NCBI GenBank assembly: GCA_035063585.1
Contig: JAPSGB010000016.1
Coordinates: forward strand, 23,476 to 87,475
Direction: 5' to 3'
DNA: 64,000 nucleotides
Source: Polyangiaceae bacterium
GTDB taxonomy: Bacteria > Myxococcota_A > Polyangia > Polyangiales > Polyangiaceae
A program made the translations under genes and the position numbers. This document shows positions 37,298-47,093 of this stretch, piece by piece. The notes beneath the pieces are model-generated. The model saw only the letters and a list, made by a program, of their open reading frames with translations. It did no database searches and had not been told where the DNA came from. Within the stretch, counting starts at the first letter, position 1. Each line of letters starts with the position of its first letter.

Positions 37298-38008
37298 GTG
37301 AACAAGACGTATCTGGTGCTCGACATCGAGACCATCCTCGACGCGGAGCTGCCCATCGCAGAGTCGAGCGAGGCCGAGCGCCTGCCGGCGCCTCCGCACC
37401 ACGCGGTGGTCGTCATCGGTGTCCTCTGGCTCGACGAACAGTACGCGGTGCGCCGGCTCGGGGTCATCGGCGAGGGCAAGAGCGAGGCCGGGATCTTGTC
37501 TGATTTCGCGAGCTTCCTCGACCGGAACCGCCCGGATCTGGTGTCCTGGAACGGGCGCGGGTTCGATCTTCCGGTGATCGCGGCGCGCTGCCTGCGCCAC
37601 GGGGTCCCGTTTCGGCACTACTACCGCTCGCGCGACGTGCGCTATCGGTTCTCGCCCGACGGCCACCTCGATCTGATGGATTATATTGCTGATTTTGGCG
37701 CCGCCAAGCCGAGCAAGCTGGACATCGTCGCCAAGCTCTGCGGGCTTCCGGGCAAGGTCGGGGTGGACGGCAAGGACGTCGGGCCGCTGGTCCACGCCGG
37801 AAAACTTCAGGAAGTTCGGGACTATTGCCTGTGCGACGTGGTCCAGACCGCGGGCGTCTTCCTGCGCGTGCAGCTCCTGCGCGGCGAGCTCGAGCGCGAG
37901 GCGTACCTCGCGGCGATGTCCGGGCTCATCGCGACGGTTCGCGCCGACGAGCGGGTGCGCGCGGTCTCGAGCGTGCTCGACGAGCGCCGGCTGATGCTCG
38001 CCGAGTAG
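37298..38008 (+). CDS. PolB-like stand-alone 3'-5' exonuclease (DEDD)
   Basis: VLDIET, SWNGRGFDLPV, HLDLMD and YCLCDV. Confidence 0.9.
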   Translation: MNKTYLVLDIETILDAELPIAESSEAERLPAPPHHAVVVIGVLWLDEQYAVRRLGVIGEGKSEAGILSDFASFLDRNRPDLVSWNGRGFDLPVIAARCLRHGVPFRHYYRSRDVRYRFSPDGHLDLMDYIADFGAAKPSKLDIVAKLCGLPGKVGVDGKDVGPLVHAGKLQEVRDYCLCDVVQTAGVFLRVQLLRGELEREAYLAAMSGLIATVRADERVRAVSSVLDERRLMLAE

Positions 38009-38024
38009 TCCTCGCCGCGAGAAC

Positions 38025-39251
38025 CTACGGCTCTCGATAGAACCGCGGCACCCGGCGCGACACGCTGGTCAGCACCTCCCACGGGATGGTGCCGAGCGTC
38101 CGAGCGAGCTCGTGCGCGCTGATCTCGTCCTCGCCGAGCGGCCCCTTCTGCGCGCCGAGCACCACGGCTTCGTCTCCGGCCCGGGCCCCTTCGACGTCGG
38201 TGACGTCGAGCATGGTCATGTCCATGCTGACGACTCCGGCGATGGGCGCGCGCCGGCCGCGCACGAGCATCGCGCCGCGGTTCGAGAGCGCGCGGTCGAG
38301 GCCGTCCGCGTAGCCCATGGGGACGGTGGCGATGCGGCTCGGCCGCCGCGCCGTCCAGGTCGAGCCGTAGCCCACGCTCTCGCCGGGCGCGAGCTCACGC
38401 AGCGCGATGATCTGGCTCTGAACCCGCATGACCGGGCGGAGCTCGCGGGTGCCCTCCGGGCGCGGATCGACCCCGAAGAGGGCCACGCCGGGGCGCGCCA
38501 TGTCGAGCCGCGCGCGCTCGCTCGAGAGCAGCGCGGCGCTGTTCGCTGCGTGGCGGAGCCGCGGCTCGAGGCCCGCCGAGGCGAGCACGGCGAGCGCCCC
38601 GTGGAAGAGCTCGAGCTGGTGCTCCACGGACGACGGCTCGCCCGAGTCGGCGCCGGCGAAATGGGTCATCACGCCGTCGAGCACGAGCTCCGGGTGACGG
38701 CGGAGGGCCGCCGCGAGCGCGGGCACCTCGCGCGGCAGCGCGCCGAGGCGCGCCATCCCGGTGTCCACCTTCAGGTGCACCGGCAGCGGCTCCGAGCCCG
38801 AGTAGCGCACCTCCTCCGCGAACGCCTCGATCTGGCCCGCGTCGAAGATCACCGGCGTGAGCCGGTGGCGGAGCACCTCGCCCCACGCGCGCTCGTAGTA
38901 GCCGCCCATCACCAGGATCGGGCAGCGGATCCCCGCGTCGCGCAGCTCGATGGCCTCCTCGAGCAGCGCCACGCACACGCCGCTCACGCCCGCGCGCTCG
39001 AGCGTGCGCGCGACCGCCTTCGACCCGTGCCCGTAGCCGTCCGCCTTGAGCACGCTCCACACCTCGGCGCCGCCCGCCACGCGCTGGAGCACGCGGAGGT
39101 TGTGGCGCAGGTTGGCGAGGTTCACCTCGGCGCGAGTCGGGCGGACCGCGTCCGAGGGGACCGCGCGCTGAGGCCGAAGGACGCGAGGCAAGGGGGTTGC
39201 CAGCGCGGAAGCGCCGGAAGTGATCGTGTCCAGAGCTGGACTTGGCGGCAT
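38025..39251 (-). CDS. alr: Alanine racemase
   Basis: VLKADGYGHG, HLKVDTGMARLG, HAANSA, GYADG and IPWEVLTSVSRRVPR. Exact start uncertain. Confidence 0.95.
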   Translation of the reverse strand: MPPSPALDTITSGASALATPLPRVLRPQRAVPSDAVRPTRAEVNLANLRHNLRVLQRVAGGAEVWSVLKADGYGHGSKAVARTLERAGVSGVCVALLEEAIELRDAGIRCPILVMGGYYERAWGEVLRHRLTPVIFDAGQIEAFAEEVRYSGSEPLPVHLKVDTGMARLGALPREVPALAAALRRHPELVLDGVMTHFAGADSGEPSSVEHQLELFHGALAVLASAGLEPRLRHAANSAALLSSERARLDMARPGVALFGVDPRPEGTRELRPVMRVQSQIIALRELAPGESVGYGSTWTARRPSRIATVPMGYADGLDRALSNRGAMLVRGRRAPIAGVVSMDMTMLDVTDVEGARAGDEAVVLGAQKGPLGEDEISAHELARTLGTIPWEVLTSVSRRVPRFYREP

Positions 39252-39317
39252 CAGGATACCTGCCCGTTAGCGCCGCTCTCGGGGGCGCGTCAACTAATCA
39301 GGGGGTGCGACAGACAC

Positions 39318-39938
39318 CTACGTCAGACAACGCCGCACGCACTTCTTGTAGTCCGCATCGCATCTCTTGCAGGATTTTGACGGCGCTTGGGCGGCGTCTC
39401 CCTCGCCGGTCGCCCGGCAGGGCGCCCCGCACACCGCCCACTCGGCCTGGCAAGCGCGCGTGCAGTCGGCCGCGGGAGGCAGGGGCGGCCCGGCGTCGCG
39501 CGGCTCCTCCCCGGCGTCGCGCGGCTCCTCCCCGGCGTCGCGTGACGCGGGGCTCACCGGCTTCACCGTGGAGGGCGGCGAGACGTGCAGGTTCGCCGGG
39601 AGCGGCGACTCGGCCGCCGCGACGCTCGCCGTCGGGCCCGCGTCGAGCGCGAGCAGCGGCCGTGACACGTCGCCCGACGCGAGCGCGCCGAGCCGCCGGT
39701 TGGCGTAGTCGATGCGGTCGCCGCTCTGACCGTAGGTGTAGATCTGCCTCCACTCCGCCCAGCACGCCCGCCGGTGCGTCGGCGAGATGTTCGTGTCGAG
39801 ATCGAGCCGGTAGCAGTGCTCGAAGCGCACGTTGCCCTCGTAGATCGACTGCATGCTCGGCCCGCACGCGACGAGCAGCCGCGCCGCGCCGCCGGCCGCG
39901 ACGGCGGAGCCCAGCAGGAAGCGAAGTCGGGTCGCCAT
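39318..39938 (-). CDS. Cys-containing lipoprotein, unknown function
   Basis: Lipobox LVAC; C-terminal CxxxC repeats; internal 21-bp duplication (RDAGEEP x2). Confidence 0.65.
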   Translation of the reverse strand: MATRLRFLLGSAVAAGGAARLLVACGPSMQSIYEGNVRFEHCYRLDLDTNISPTHRRACWAEWRQIYTYGQSGDRIDYANRRLGALASGDVSRPLLALDAGPTASVAAAESPLPANLHVSPPSTVKPVSPASRDAGEEPRDAGEEPRDAGPPLPPAADCTRACQAEWAVCGAPCRATGEGDAAQAPSKSCKRCDADYKKCVRRCLT

Positions 39939-40027
39939 GCTCCGAGCGATGAGGGCAGGCTGCCGGGTTTTTCGGGCTCCGGCAAGCCAGGTGGGCTCGC
40001 GGCGCCGATTGCGCTAGGTGGGGCGCA

Positions 40028-40665
40028 TGTTCACGGGTCTGGTGGTCGGGACCGGCACGCTCAGGAGCCGCGCGCGTCGCGGCCCGGGTTACCGCGTCGA
40101 GCTCGCCGCGGACCTCGACGCGCTCGAGCTCGGCGAGTCGATCGCCGTGAACGGGGTCTGCCTGACCGTCGCGGCCGGCGGCGCGGGGAGCTTCGACGCG
40201 GACGTCTCGCTCGAGACGGTCGACAAGACGACCCTCGGCCGGCTTCCCCCCGGCAGCGCGGTGAACCTCGAGCGGTCGCTCCGGGTCGGCGACCGCATCG
40301 GCGGGCACCTCGTGAGCGGGCACGTCGACGGCGTGGCGCGCGTGACCGCGGTCGCCCCCGCCGGCGAGGCGCTGCGCGTCCGGATCGCTGCGCCGCGCGA
40401 GCTCGCGCGCTTCATCGCCGCGAAGGGCTCGGTCGCGCTCGACGGCGTCTCACTCACGGTGAACGCCGTCTTCGGCGACGAGTTCGAGCTCATGCTCATC
40501 CCGCACACGCAGAAAATCACCACTTTGGGCGGGCTCGCCCCCGGGCGCGAGCTCAACCTCGAGGTCGACGTGCTCGCGCGCTACGTCGCGCGGCAGCTCG
40601 AGACGAGCGAAGCCGACTCGGGCGGCGGGCTCGCGGGCGCGCTCGCGCGCGCCGGGCTGAGGTAG
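40028..40665 (+). CDS. ribE: Riboflavin synthase
   Basis: MFTGLV, SIAVNGVCLTV, GGHLVSGHVDG and KGSVALDGVSLTVN. Confidence 0.95.
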
Positions 40666-40691
40666 CCTCCCGACGCCGAGACGAGAGCATC

Positions 40692-41897
40692 ATGCGCGAC
40701 GAAGCCCCCCCGAGCCACTCCACCCGCCCCCTCGACATCCAGCCGGCGCTGCTCGAGCGCATGCAGGCCGTCATCGACGCGATCCGCGCCGGCAAGATGG
40801 TGATCTTGGTGGACGACGAAGATCGCGAGAACGAGGGAGATCTGACCCTCGCGGCCGAGCACATCACGCCCGAGGCCATCAACTTCATGGCGAAGTATGG
40901 CCGCGGGCTCATCTGCGTGACGCTCACCGAGCAGCAGGTGGAGCGCCTCGAGCTTCCCATGATGACCGCGCCGCGTCGCTCCGGCCCACCGCTCGGCACC
41001 GCCTTCACGGTGAGCATCGAGGCGCGCGAGGGTGTGACCACCGGCATCAGCGCCGCCGATCGCTCACACACGGTGAAGGTCGCCATCGATCCGAACTCGT
41101 CGCCGAGCGACATCGTCACGCCCGGTCACCTGTTCCCGCTGAAGGCGCGGCGAGGCGGCGTGCTGGTACGCGCCGGCCAGACGGAGGGCTCGGTCGATCT
41201 CGCGCGGCTCGCCGGGCTCGTGCCCGCCGGGGTGATCTGCGAGATCATGAACGACGACGGCAGCATGGCGCGCATGAGCGACCTCGAGGTGTTCGCGCGC
41301 GAGCACGACCTCGCGATCGTCACCATCGCCGATCTCATCGCGTATCGGCTCCAGACCGAGCGGCTGGTTCGGCGCGTCGAGGAGAGCGACATCACGCTCG
41401 ATCGCACCGGCACCACCTGGCGCGCGATCGTGTACGAGGCGAACGTCGAGGAGCGCCAGTTCCTCGCGTTGGTGAAGGGGCAGCTCGACGCCGCGGTGCC
41501 GACCCTGTGCCGCATGCACAGCGGCTCCACCCTCGCCGACACCTTCAGCTCCACCGCCGATGACGGTGGCCGGAACCTCCGCGAGGCGATCGACGCCATC
41601 GAACGCGAGGGTCGCGGCGTCGTCGTCTACCTGCCGCCACGGGGCGACCTCGCGAGCGAGCTCAAGGCGCTCGCCCGACGCGCTCCCAAGAGCTCGCCGG
41701 TCGCCTCCGAACAGCCGGCGCTGACGCGGGCGCACGGCGGCACGCTCCGAGAGTACGGCCTCGGCGCGCAGGTGCTCCGCGAGCTCGGCCTCAGCCAGAT
41801 CCGCCTCCTCACCGGCAATCCGCGCAAGATCGCCGGGATCCACGGCTACGGGCTCGAGGTGGTCGAGAGCGTGCCGCTCGGCGCGTCACTTCCATAA
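40692..41897 (+). CDS. ribB: DHBP synthase fused to a degenerate GTP cyclohydrolase II domain (RibBX-type)
   Basis: Intact RibB motifs (DDEDRENEGD, AFTVSIE, RAGQTEGSVDL, CEIMNDDG). RibA half reads RMHSGSTLADTFSSTADDG, with no Zn-binding Cys. Confidence 0.9.
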   Translation: MRDEAPPSHSTRPLDIQPALLERMQAVIDAIRAGKMVILVDDEDRENEGDLTLAAEHITPEAINFMAKYGRGLICVTLTEQQVERLELPMMTAPRRSGPPLGTAFTVSIEAREGVTTGISAADRSHTVKVAIDPNSSPSDIVTPGHLFPLKARRGGVLVRAGQTEGSVDLARLAGLVPAGVICEIMNDDGSMARMSDLEVFAREHDLAIVTIADLIAYRLQTERLVRRVEESDITLDRTGTTWRAIVYEANVEERQFLALVKGQLDAAVPTLCRMHSGSTLADTFSSTADDGGRNLREAIDAIEREGRGVVVYLPPRGDLASELKALARRAPKSSPVASEQPALTRAHGGTLREYGLGAQVLRELGLSQIRLLTGNPRKIAGIHGYGLEVVESVPLGASLP

Positions 41898-41958
41898 GTG
41901 CGCGGCGCCTGGCCGGTTCGCGTGAACCCCGCTCGAGCGTGAAGTAGACTCGCGCCAC

Positions 41959-42453
41959 ATGCCTCATAGCTCGACTCCGCGCTCGTTCGCCGGCTCGCTC
42001 GTCTCGGCGGAGGGCGCCCGCTACGCGATCGTGGCCTCGCGCTTCAACGGCTTCATCGTCGAGCACTTGGTCGACGGTGCGCTCGACGCCCTCCTTCGTC
42101 ACGGCGCGAGCGCCGAGCGCATCAGCGTGGTGCGCGTGCCCGGCGCTTGGGAGATCCCGCTCGTGTGCTCGCGCCTCGCCGGGAGCGGCGCGGTCGACGC
42201 CATCGTCGCGGTCGGCGCGGTGATTCGCGGCGCGACCCCACACTTCGATCACGTCGCGGGCGAGGTGGCCAAGGGGGTCGCGGCGGTGAGCCTCGAGACC
42301 GGGGTGCCCATCGCGTTCGGCGTGCTCACGACCGACAGCATCGAGCAGGCGGTCGAGCGCGCCGGGACCAAGGCCGGAAACAAGGGGTTCGACGCGGCGC
42401 TGACCGCCATCGAGATGGTGTCGCTCCTCCGCGACCTGCCGACCCGCCCGTGA
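41959..42453 (+). CDS. ribH: 6,7-dimethyl-8-ribityllumazine synthase
   Basis: [22 protein letters not shown] and [10 protein letters not shown]. Confidence 0.97.
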   Translation: MPHSSTPRSFAGSLVSAEGARYAIVASRFNGFIVEHLVDGALDALLRHGASAERISVVRVPGAWEIPLVCSRLAGSGAVDAIVAVGAVIRGATPHFDHVAGEVAKGVAAVSLETGVPIAFGVLTTDSIEQAVERAGTKAGNKGFDAALTAIEMVSLLRDLPTRP

Positions 42454-42980
42454 CCGCGAGGCTCCGCGTCGCCTGCGTCGCGGTCGCCGCGGTCGCCGCG
42501 CTCGCCGCGTGCAGCGGGGAGCGCGCCGCGACGCCGGCCGCGCCGGACCGCCCTCCTCCCCTGGTCTCGAGCGCGGCTCCCATCGAGCCCTCGGACGAAG
42601 GGCTGACGGTCGCGACGCCCACCGGCTGCAGCGCGGACTGCGAGGGCGAGCCAACGCCCGCGCTGGTGGAGGCGGTCCGTGTGCGCGCCCTCGACGCGCG
42701 CCGGTGCTACGACGCGGCGCTCCGCCGTGATCGCGCGCTCACCGGGCGCATCGTGGTGGGGCTGCAGATCACCGCCGACGGCGCGGTGTGCGCGACGCGC
42801 CAGATCGCCGGTAAGCTCGACGACGCCGAGCTCCTCGAGTGCGTGCGCGATTTGTTCGTCGGGCTCCGGCTGCCCCCGCCGGAGGGCGGCTGCGTCGATC
42901 TCGCCCTACCGCTGAACCTCGTGTCCGCGAGCGCGGACGCCGGGGCGGCGGAGCCGGATGCAGCCGCCCCGGCGCGGTGA
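42450..42980 (+). CDS. Lipoprotein with AgmX/PglI-type (TonB-C-like) domain
   Basis: GTG 42450 overlaps the ribH stop; lipobox [35 protein letters not shown]...LECV...PPPEGG. Confidence 0.75.
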   Translation: MTARLRVACVAVAAVAALAACSGERAATPAAPDRPPPLVSSAAPIEPSDEGLTVATPTGCSADCEGEPTPALVEAVRVRALDARRCYDAALRRDRALTGRIVVGLQITADGAVCATRQIAGKLDDAELLECVRDLFVGLRLPPPEGGCVDLALPLNLVSASADAGAAEPDAAAPAR

Positions 42981-43022
42981 CTTGCGCCGCACGCCGAACG
43001 CCGCCACGATCCGCGCCCTCCC

Positions 43023-43445
43023 ATGGGCGCTCGTACCAACGCACGCGAAGCTGCGCTCCAGATGCTCTACGCCGTCGAGGCGAGCGGCGCGCCCATCGAG
43101 GAGTCGATCCGCGAGTATTGGCGCGAGCTCCCGGGCGACGCCGAGGGTCGCGCCTACGCCGACAGCATCGTGCGGGGCGTGTGGGGCGCGCTCGGCGCGA
43201 CCGACGAGCGGATCCGCGCGGCGAGCCGCAACTGGCGCCTCGAGCGGATGACGCGGGTAGACCGCAACCTGCTCAGGCTCGGCGCGTGGGAGCTCGAGCA
43301 CAGCCTCGAGGTGCCGCGCGCGGTAATCCTCGACGAGGCGGTCGAACTGGCCAAACGCTTCGGCACCGAGGAGAGCGGCGCCTTCGTCAACGGCGTGCTC
43401 GATCGGATCGCCGACGACTGCGGCCGCGCTGACACGGATCTGTAG
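43023..43445 (+). CDS. nusB: Transcription antitermination factor NusB
   Basis: AREAALQMLY, NWRLERM, DRNLLR, DEAVELAKRFG and FVNGVLD. Confidence 0.96.
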   Translation: MGARTNAREAALQMLYAVEASGAPIEESIREYWRELPGDAEGRAYADSIVRGVWGALGATDERIRAASRNWRLERMTRVDRNLLRLGAWELEHSLEVPRAVILDEAVELAKRFGTEESGAFVNGVLDRIADDCGRADTDL

Positions 43446-43447
43446 CC

Positions 43448-43963
43448 GTGGATCTACGCTTCTCGCTGCCGCAGCTGCGCCGGCTGGATCTCACCGGCAC
43501 CGAGGTCTTGCTCGCCAACCTCTCCACGCTCGATCGCCCGCCGCACGGCGTCGCGGGGCTCGCCGACTGGCGTCTCGGCGGTCGCGTCTCCGCGCTCCTC
43601 GAGTCGGGGTTCGCGACCGGCGCGGTCGGCGAGGTGCTCTTGGTCCCGGGCCGACCCAAGCTGCCGTTCGACAAGATCGTGCTGTTCGGTGTGGGCGCAC
43701 CGGGCGAGTTCAACGAGCGGGTGTTTCGGGTCGTGATCGAGCGGATGCTCGCCACCACCGAGGGGCTCCGCGTGCGGAGCGCGGTGGTCGAGCTCCCCGG
43801 GAGACACTTCGACGGCATCTCGCCGGAGCGCGCGGCCGACATCCTGCTCGAGTCCGCCGGGGATCGGCAGGAGCATGACGTCTGGACCTTGGTCGAGCCG
43901 GCCGAGGCGCAGCGCGCGATCACCCAGCACATGATCCAGGAGCGCCGGCGCGTCCGGCGCTGA
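43448..43963 (+). CDS. Stand-alone leucyl aminopeptidase (M17) N-terminal-like domain
   Basis: RPPHGVAGLADWRLGGRVS...FATGAVGEVLL...KIVLFGVG; no catalytic domain. Confidence 0.7.
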   Translation: MDLRFSLPQLRRLDLTGTEVLLANLSTLDRPPHGVAGLADWRLGGRVSALLESGFATGAVGEVLLVPGRPKLPFDKIVLFGVGAPGEFNERVFRVVIERMLATTEGLRVRSAVVELPGRHFDGISPERAADILLESAGDRQEHDVWTLVEPAEAQRAITQHMIQERRRVRR

Positions 43964-43966
43964 CGC

Positions 43967-44620
43967 TCAGCGCGCCGGGCGCGCGGGGATCCACACGCCG
44001 CCGAGCACCACGCGCCCGGGTCCGAGCTCGTCGAATTCGAGCTCCATCCCCTCGTAGTGCTCGACGTAGACGGTGCCGTTCGGGTTCTTCTCCGTGAGCC
44101 GCTCGACCCGCTTCGGTTCGCCGAGGTGCTCATGGATCGCCCAGGGCAGCATCCCGAGCTTGAGATCGGGTGGGATGGCGCCGTGGAAGATGCCGTAGTG
44201 GCGCTCCCGCCCGGCCGCATCCTTGCCGGCGGGTCGGTCCATCCGCTGGACGTGGACGCGCTCGAGCGCGCCGTCCTTCAGGAAGAAGTCCACGCCTCGG
44301 CCAATATACCGGCACTGGTCGGCGGACTCGAGCTCGCACGGGAGCTGCATGTGTCGCTCGATGGTCGGGATGGTCGCGCCGAGGAAGATGGGGCCGACGC
44401 CCTTACCTGCCTGGATGGGCAGGAGCGGGCCGCTCGGCGGGGCGTGGCCGACGAAGCGCTCCGCGGCTCGAGCGGGCGCTGGGGCGACCGACGCGGACGG
44501 CGTCGCGGACGACGCCCGCCCGCTGGCGGGCGCCTCGGAGCGGTCGCAGCCCGACAGAGGCAGCGCGCCGAGGAGCGCCAGGGTCGCGGCCAGCCGAACC
44601 GGGCAGGGCTTGGTCGTCAT
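43967..44620 (-). CDS. Lipoprotein, unknown function
   Basis: Lipobox LSGC; two repeats of LGxTxxxIxxxM/LG (SmpA/BLIP-like). Confidence 0.65.
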   Translation of the reverse strand: MTTKPCPVRLAATLALLGALPLSGCDRSEAPASGRASSATPSASVAPAPARAAERFVGHAPPSGPLLPIQAGKGVGPIFLGATIPTIERHMQLPCELESADQCRYIGRGVDFFLKDGALERVHVQRMDRPAGKDAAGRERHYGIFHGAIPPDLKLGMLPWAIHEHLGEPKRVERLTEKNPNGTVYVEHYEGMELEFDELGPGRVVLGGVWIPARPAR

Positions 44621-44695
44621 GCCTCGAGGCTTAGATCGCGCGCTCCACGCGTGCCAGCCCCTCGTAGGAGCGTGCTATGAAGCGCCTCGACCGAG

Positions 44696-45610
44696 ATGAC
44701 CCGCCTCGAACAGCGCCGCTTCTTGTTCGTCACCGGCAAGGGTGGCGTGGGCAAGACGACCGTGACCGCGGCGCTCGCGCGCAAGCTCGCCAAGCAGGGG
44801 CGCCGCGTGCTCATCGCGGCCACCGATCGCAAGGAGCGCATCTCGTCGATGTTTGGCAAGCCGCCGCTCGACACCGAGATTCGCCCCATCGCCGAGCGCA
44901 TCCACGCGGTGCGGATCACGCCGGAGGTCGCCATGAGCGAGTACGGCGAGATGATCCTCAAGAGCAAGGTCGTCTATAACGCCGTCTTCGACAACCGCTA
45001 CGTGCGGAGCTTCTTCAAGGCCGTACCCGGGCTCGAGGAGTGGGCGGTGCTCGGCAAGGCCTGGTATCACGCGACGGAGACCGCGAGCGACGGCTCGCGA
45101 CGGTTCGACGTCGTCCTCTTCGACGCGCCGGCCACCGGTCACGGGCTCGACATGCTGCGCGTCCCCAAGGTCATCGTCGAGATCGTGCCCCCCGGCATCT
45201 TGCGGCGCGACGCCGAGCGCGCCTGGACGATGTTCCAGGATCCCGCCGAGAGCGGCGTCGTGGTCGTCACGCTGCCCGAGGACATGCCGACCAACGAGAC
45301 GCTCGAGCTCTTCGACGTGCTGCGGGGGGAGCTCCGGCTGCCCATCGCCAAGCTGGTCATCAACTGCGTGCTCGAGCCGCTGTTCAGCCACGCTGAGCGC
45401 ACCGTCCTGCTCGCGCCACGAGACCTCGATCGCGCGCTGCCCGGTGACGAGGCGCTCGCGTGCGGCGTTCGACGCAGCATCCGCGAGCGGGTGCAGGAAG
45501 AGAGCCTCGAGCGACTCGAGGCGCTCGACATCGACAGCGTTCGGCTCCCGCTCCTCTTGTCGGATGCCTCGACCGTCGAGGCGATCGCGGAGCTCTCCGA
45601 GCGTCTGTGA
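44696..45610 (+). CDS. ArsA/Get3-like ATPase
   Basis: TGKGGVGKTT deviant Walker A; PGLEEW; FDAPATGH; LPEDMPTNET. Confidence 0.9.
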   Translation: MTRLEQRRFLFVTGKGGVGKTTVTAALARKLAKQGRRVLIAATDRKERISSMFGKPPLDTEIRPIAERIHAVRITPEVAMSEYGEMILKSKVVYNAVFDNRYVRSFFKAVPGLEEWAVLGKAWYHATETASDGSRRFDVVLFDAPATGHGLDMLRVPKVIVEIVPPGILRRDAERAWTMFQDPAESGVVVVTLPEDMPTNETLELFDVLRGELRLPIAKLVINCVLEPLFSHAERTVLLAPRDLDRALPGDEALACGVRRSIRERVQEESLERLEALDIDSVRLPLLLSDASTVEAIAELSERL

Positions 45611-45655
45611 CTTCGCCCCGCTCGCCGCGCCGCGCTATCGTGGGTCTCGTCGTCG

Positions 45656-47092
45656 ATGGCGGATGATCCCAGCCTCGTAGGGCGCGTGCTCGCCGGCCGT
45701 TACCGCCTCGAGCACCAGCTCGGGGGCGGGGGCATGGGGTCCATCTGGCGCGCCGAACACCTGGTGCTCTGCGCGCCGGTGGCCGTGAAGCTGCTCGACC
45801 CGGAGATCGCCAACGACGACGACGCCATCGCGCGCTTCAACCGCGAGGCGCAGGCGGCCGCTGCGCTTCGCAGCCCGCACGTCGTGCAGATCCTGGACTA
45901 CGGCGTGGACGAGGGCGCTCCGTTCATGGTGATGGAGCTCCTCGAGGGCGAGTCGCTCGCGACGCGTCTCAAGCGCGTCGGGCGTCTCTCTCCGGCGGAG
46001 ACGTCCCGCATCATCACCCACGTGGCGCGCGCGGTGGGTCGAGCCCACGACGCGGGGGTCGTCCACCGCGATCTCAAGCCGGAGAACGTGTTCCTGGTTC
46101 GAAACGAGGACGCCGAGATCGCAAAGGTCCTCGATTTCGGCGTCGCGAAGATCGACGCCGGGAAGATGGACGGCTCGAACATGACGCGCACCGGCTCGCT
46201 GCTCGGGACGCCGTTCTACATGAGCCCTGAGCAGGCCCAAGGCAACAAGGAGGTCGACCACCGCTCCGATCTCTGGGCGCTCGGAGTGATCGCGTATGAG
46301 TGCCTGACCGGCGCGCGACCCTTCGACAGCACGGCGCTCGGCGACCTCGTGCTCGCCATCTGCATCCGCGACATCCCGGTGCCCTCCGAGGTCGCCGTCG
46401 TGCCGCCGGGGTTCGATGCGTGGTGGAGGAGGGCGGTGGCGCGCGATCCGGCGCTTCGTTTTCAGTCGGCGCGCGAGCTGAGCGACGCGCTCCGCGACGC
46501 GCTCGGCGGGGACGCTCGCGACGCCATCGACACGCTCTCGGAGGTAGCGCCGTCTCTGGTCGCGCCGGCGGAGGACGCGCGCCCGGCCAAGCCGGACGCA
46601 CCGACCGTGGTCGCCGAGACGCTCGAGCGCGCCACGGCCGCGCCGGCTCGCTCGCGGCCGCCCACTTCCCGCGGGAAGGTGTGGCTGGTGGCGGCGGGCG
46701 CGCTCGTCGTTGGCCTGGCCGGCGGGCTCCTGGTGCTCACCGAGCTCGAGCCGCAGGAGCAGCGCGCCGGCCTCCCCTCGACCGACGCCGGCGTCGAGGC
46801 GTCGCGTCACGCCGGGTCGGGCCGGTCCGCGCCGGACCCGACGCCGGGGCGGCGCGCCACGCCTTCCGCCGCCGGGGCGGCTTCCGCAGGCGCGCCACCT
46901 CGGGACGCGGGCGCGCGCGACGCCGAGCTGCGCGACGCGGCCTCGAGTGACGCAGCGCGAAGCGACGCGGCAGCCGGCGCCGCCCGCGTCGACGCGAGCG
47001 CCGCGAGCGGCCCCGCCGACGCCGCGCCCGAGCCCGCGTCCTTGCCGCCGCCGCTCCCCATCCCGATGGGCGAGCCGTCAGCGTCGCCCTGA
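45656..47092 (+). CDS. Membrane-anchored Hanks-type Ser/Thr protein kinase
   Basis: LGGGGMG, VAVK, HRDLKPEN, DFG and GTPFYMSPEQ; one TM helix and an Ala/Pro tail. Confidence 0.95.
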   Translation: MADDPSLVGRVLAGRYRLEHQLGGGGMGSIWRAEHLVLCAPVAVKLLDPEIANDDDAIARFNREAQAAAALRSPHVVQILDYGVDEGAPFMVMELLEGESLATRLKRVGRLSPAETSRIITHVARAVGRAHDAGVVHRDLKPENVFLVRNEDAEIAKVLDFGVAKIDAGKMDGSNMTRTGSLLGTPFYMSPEQAQGNKEVDHRSDLWALGVIAYECLTGARPFDSTALGDLVLAICIRDIPVPSEVAVVPPGFDAWWRRAVARDPALRFQSARELSDALRDALGGDARDAIDTLSEVAPSLVAPAEDARPAKPDAPTVVAETLERATAAPARSRPPTSRGKVWLVAAGALVVGLAGGLLVLTELEPQEQRAGLPSTDAGVEASRHAGSGRSAPDPTPGRRATPSAAGAASAGAPPRDAGARDAELRDAASSDAARSDAAAGAARVDASAASGPADAAPEPASLPPPLPIPMGEPSASP

Positions 47093-47093
47093 C

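Noticed and set aside
39940..40027. FMN riboswitch before the rib operon
   Set aside because: The intergenic space is under 90 nt and lacks the RFN consensus blocks.
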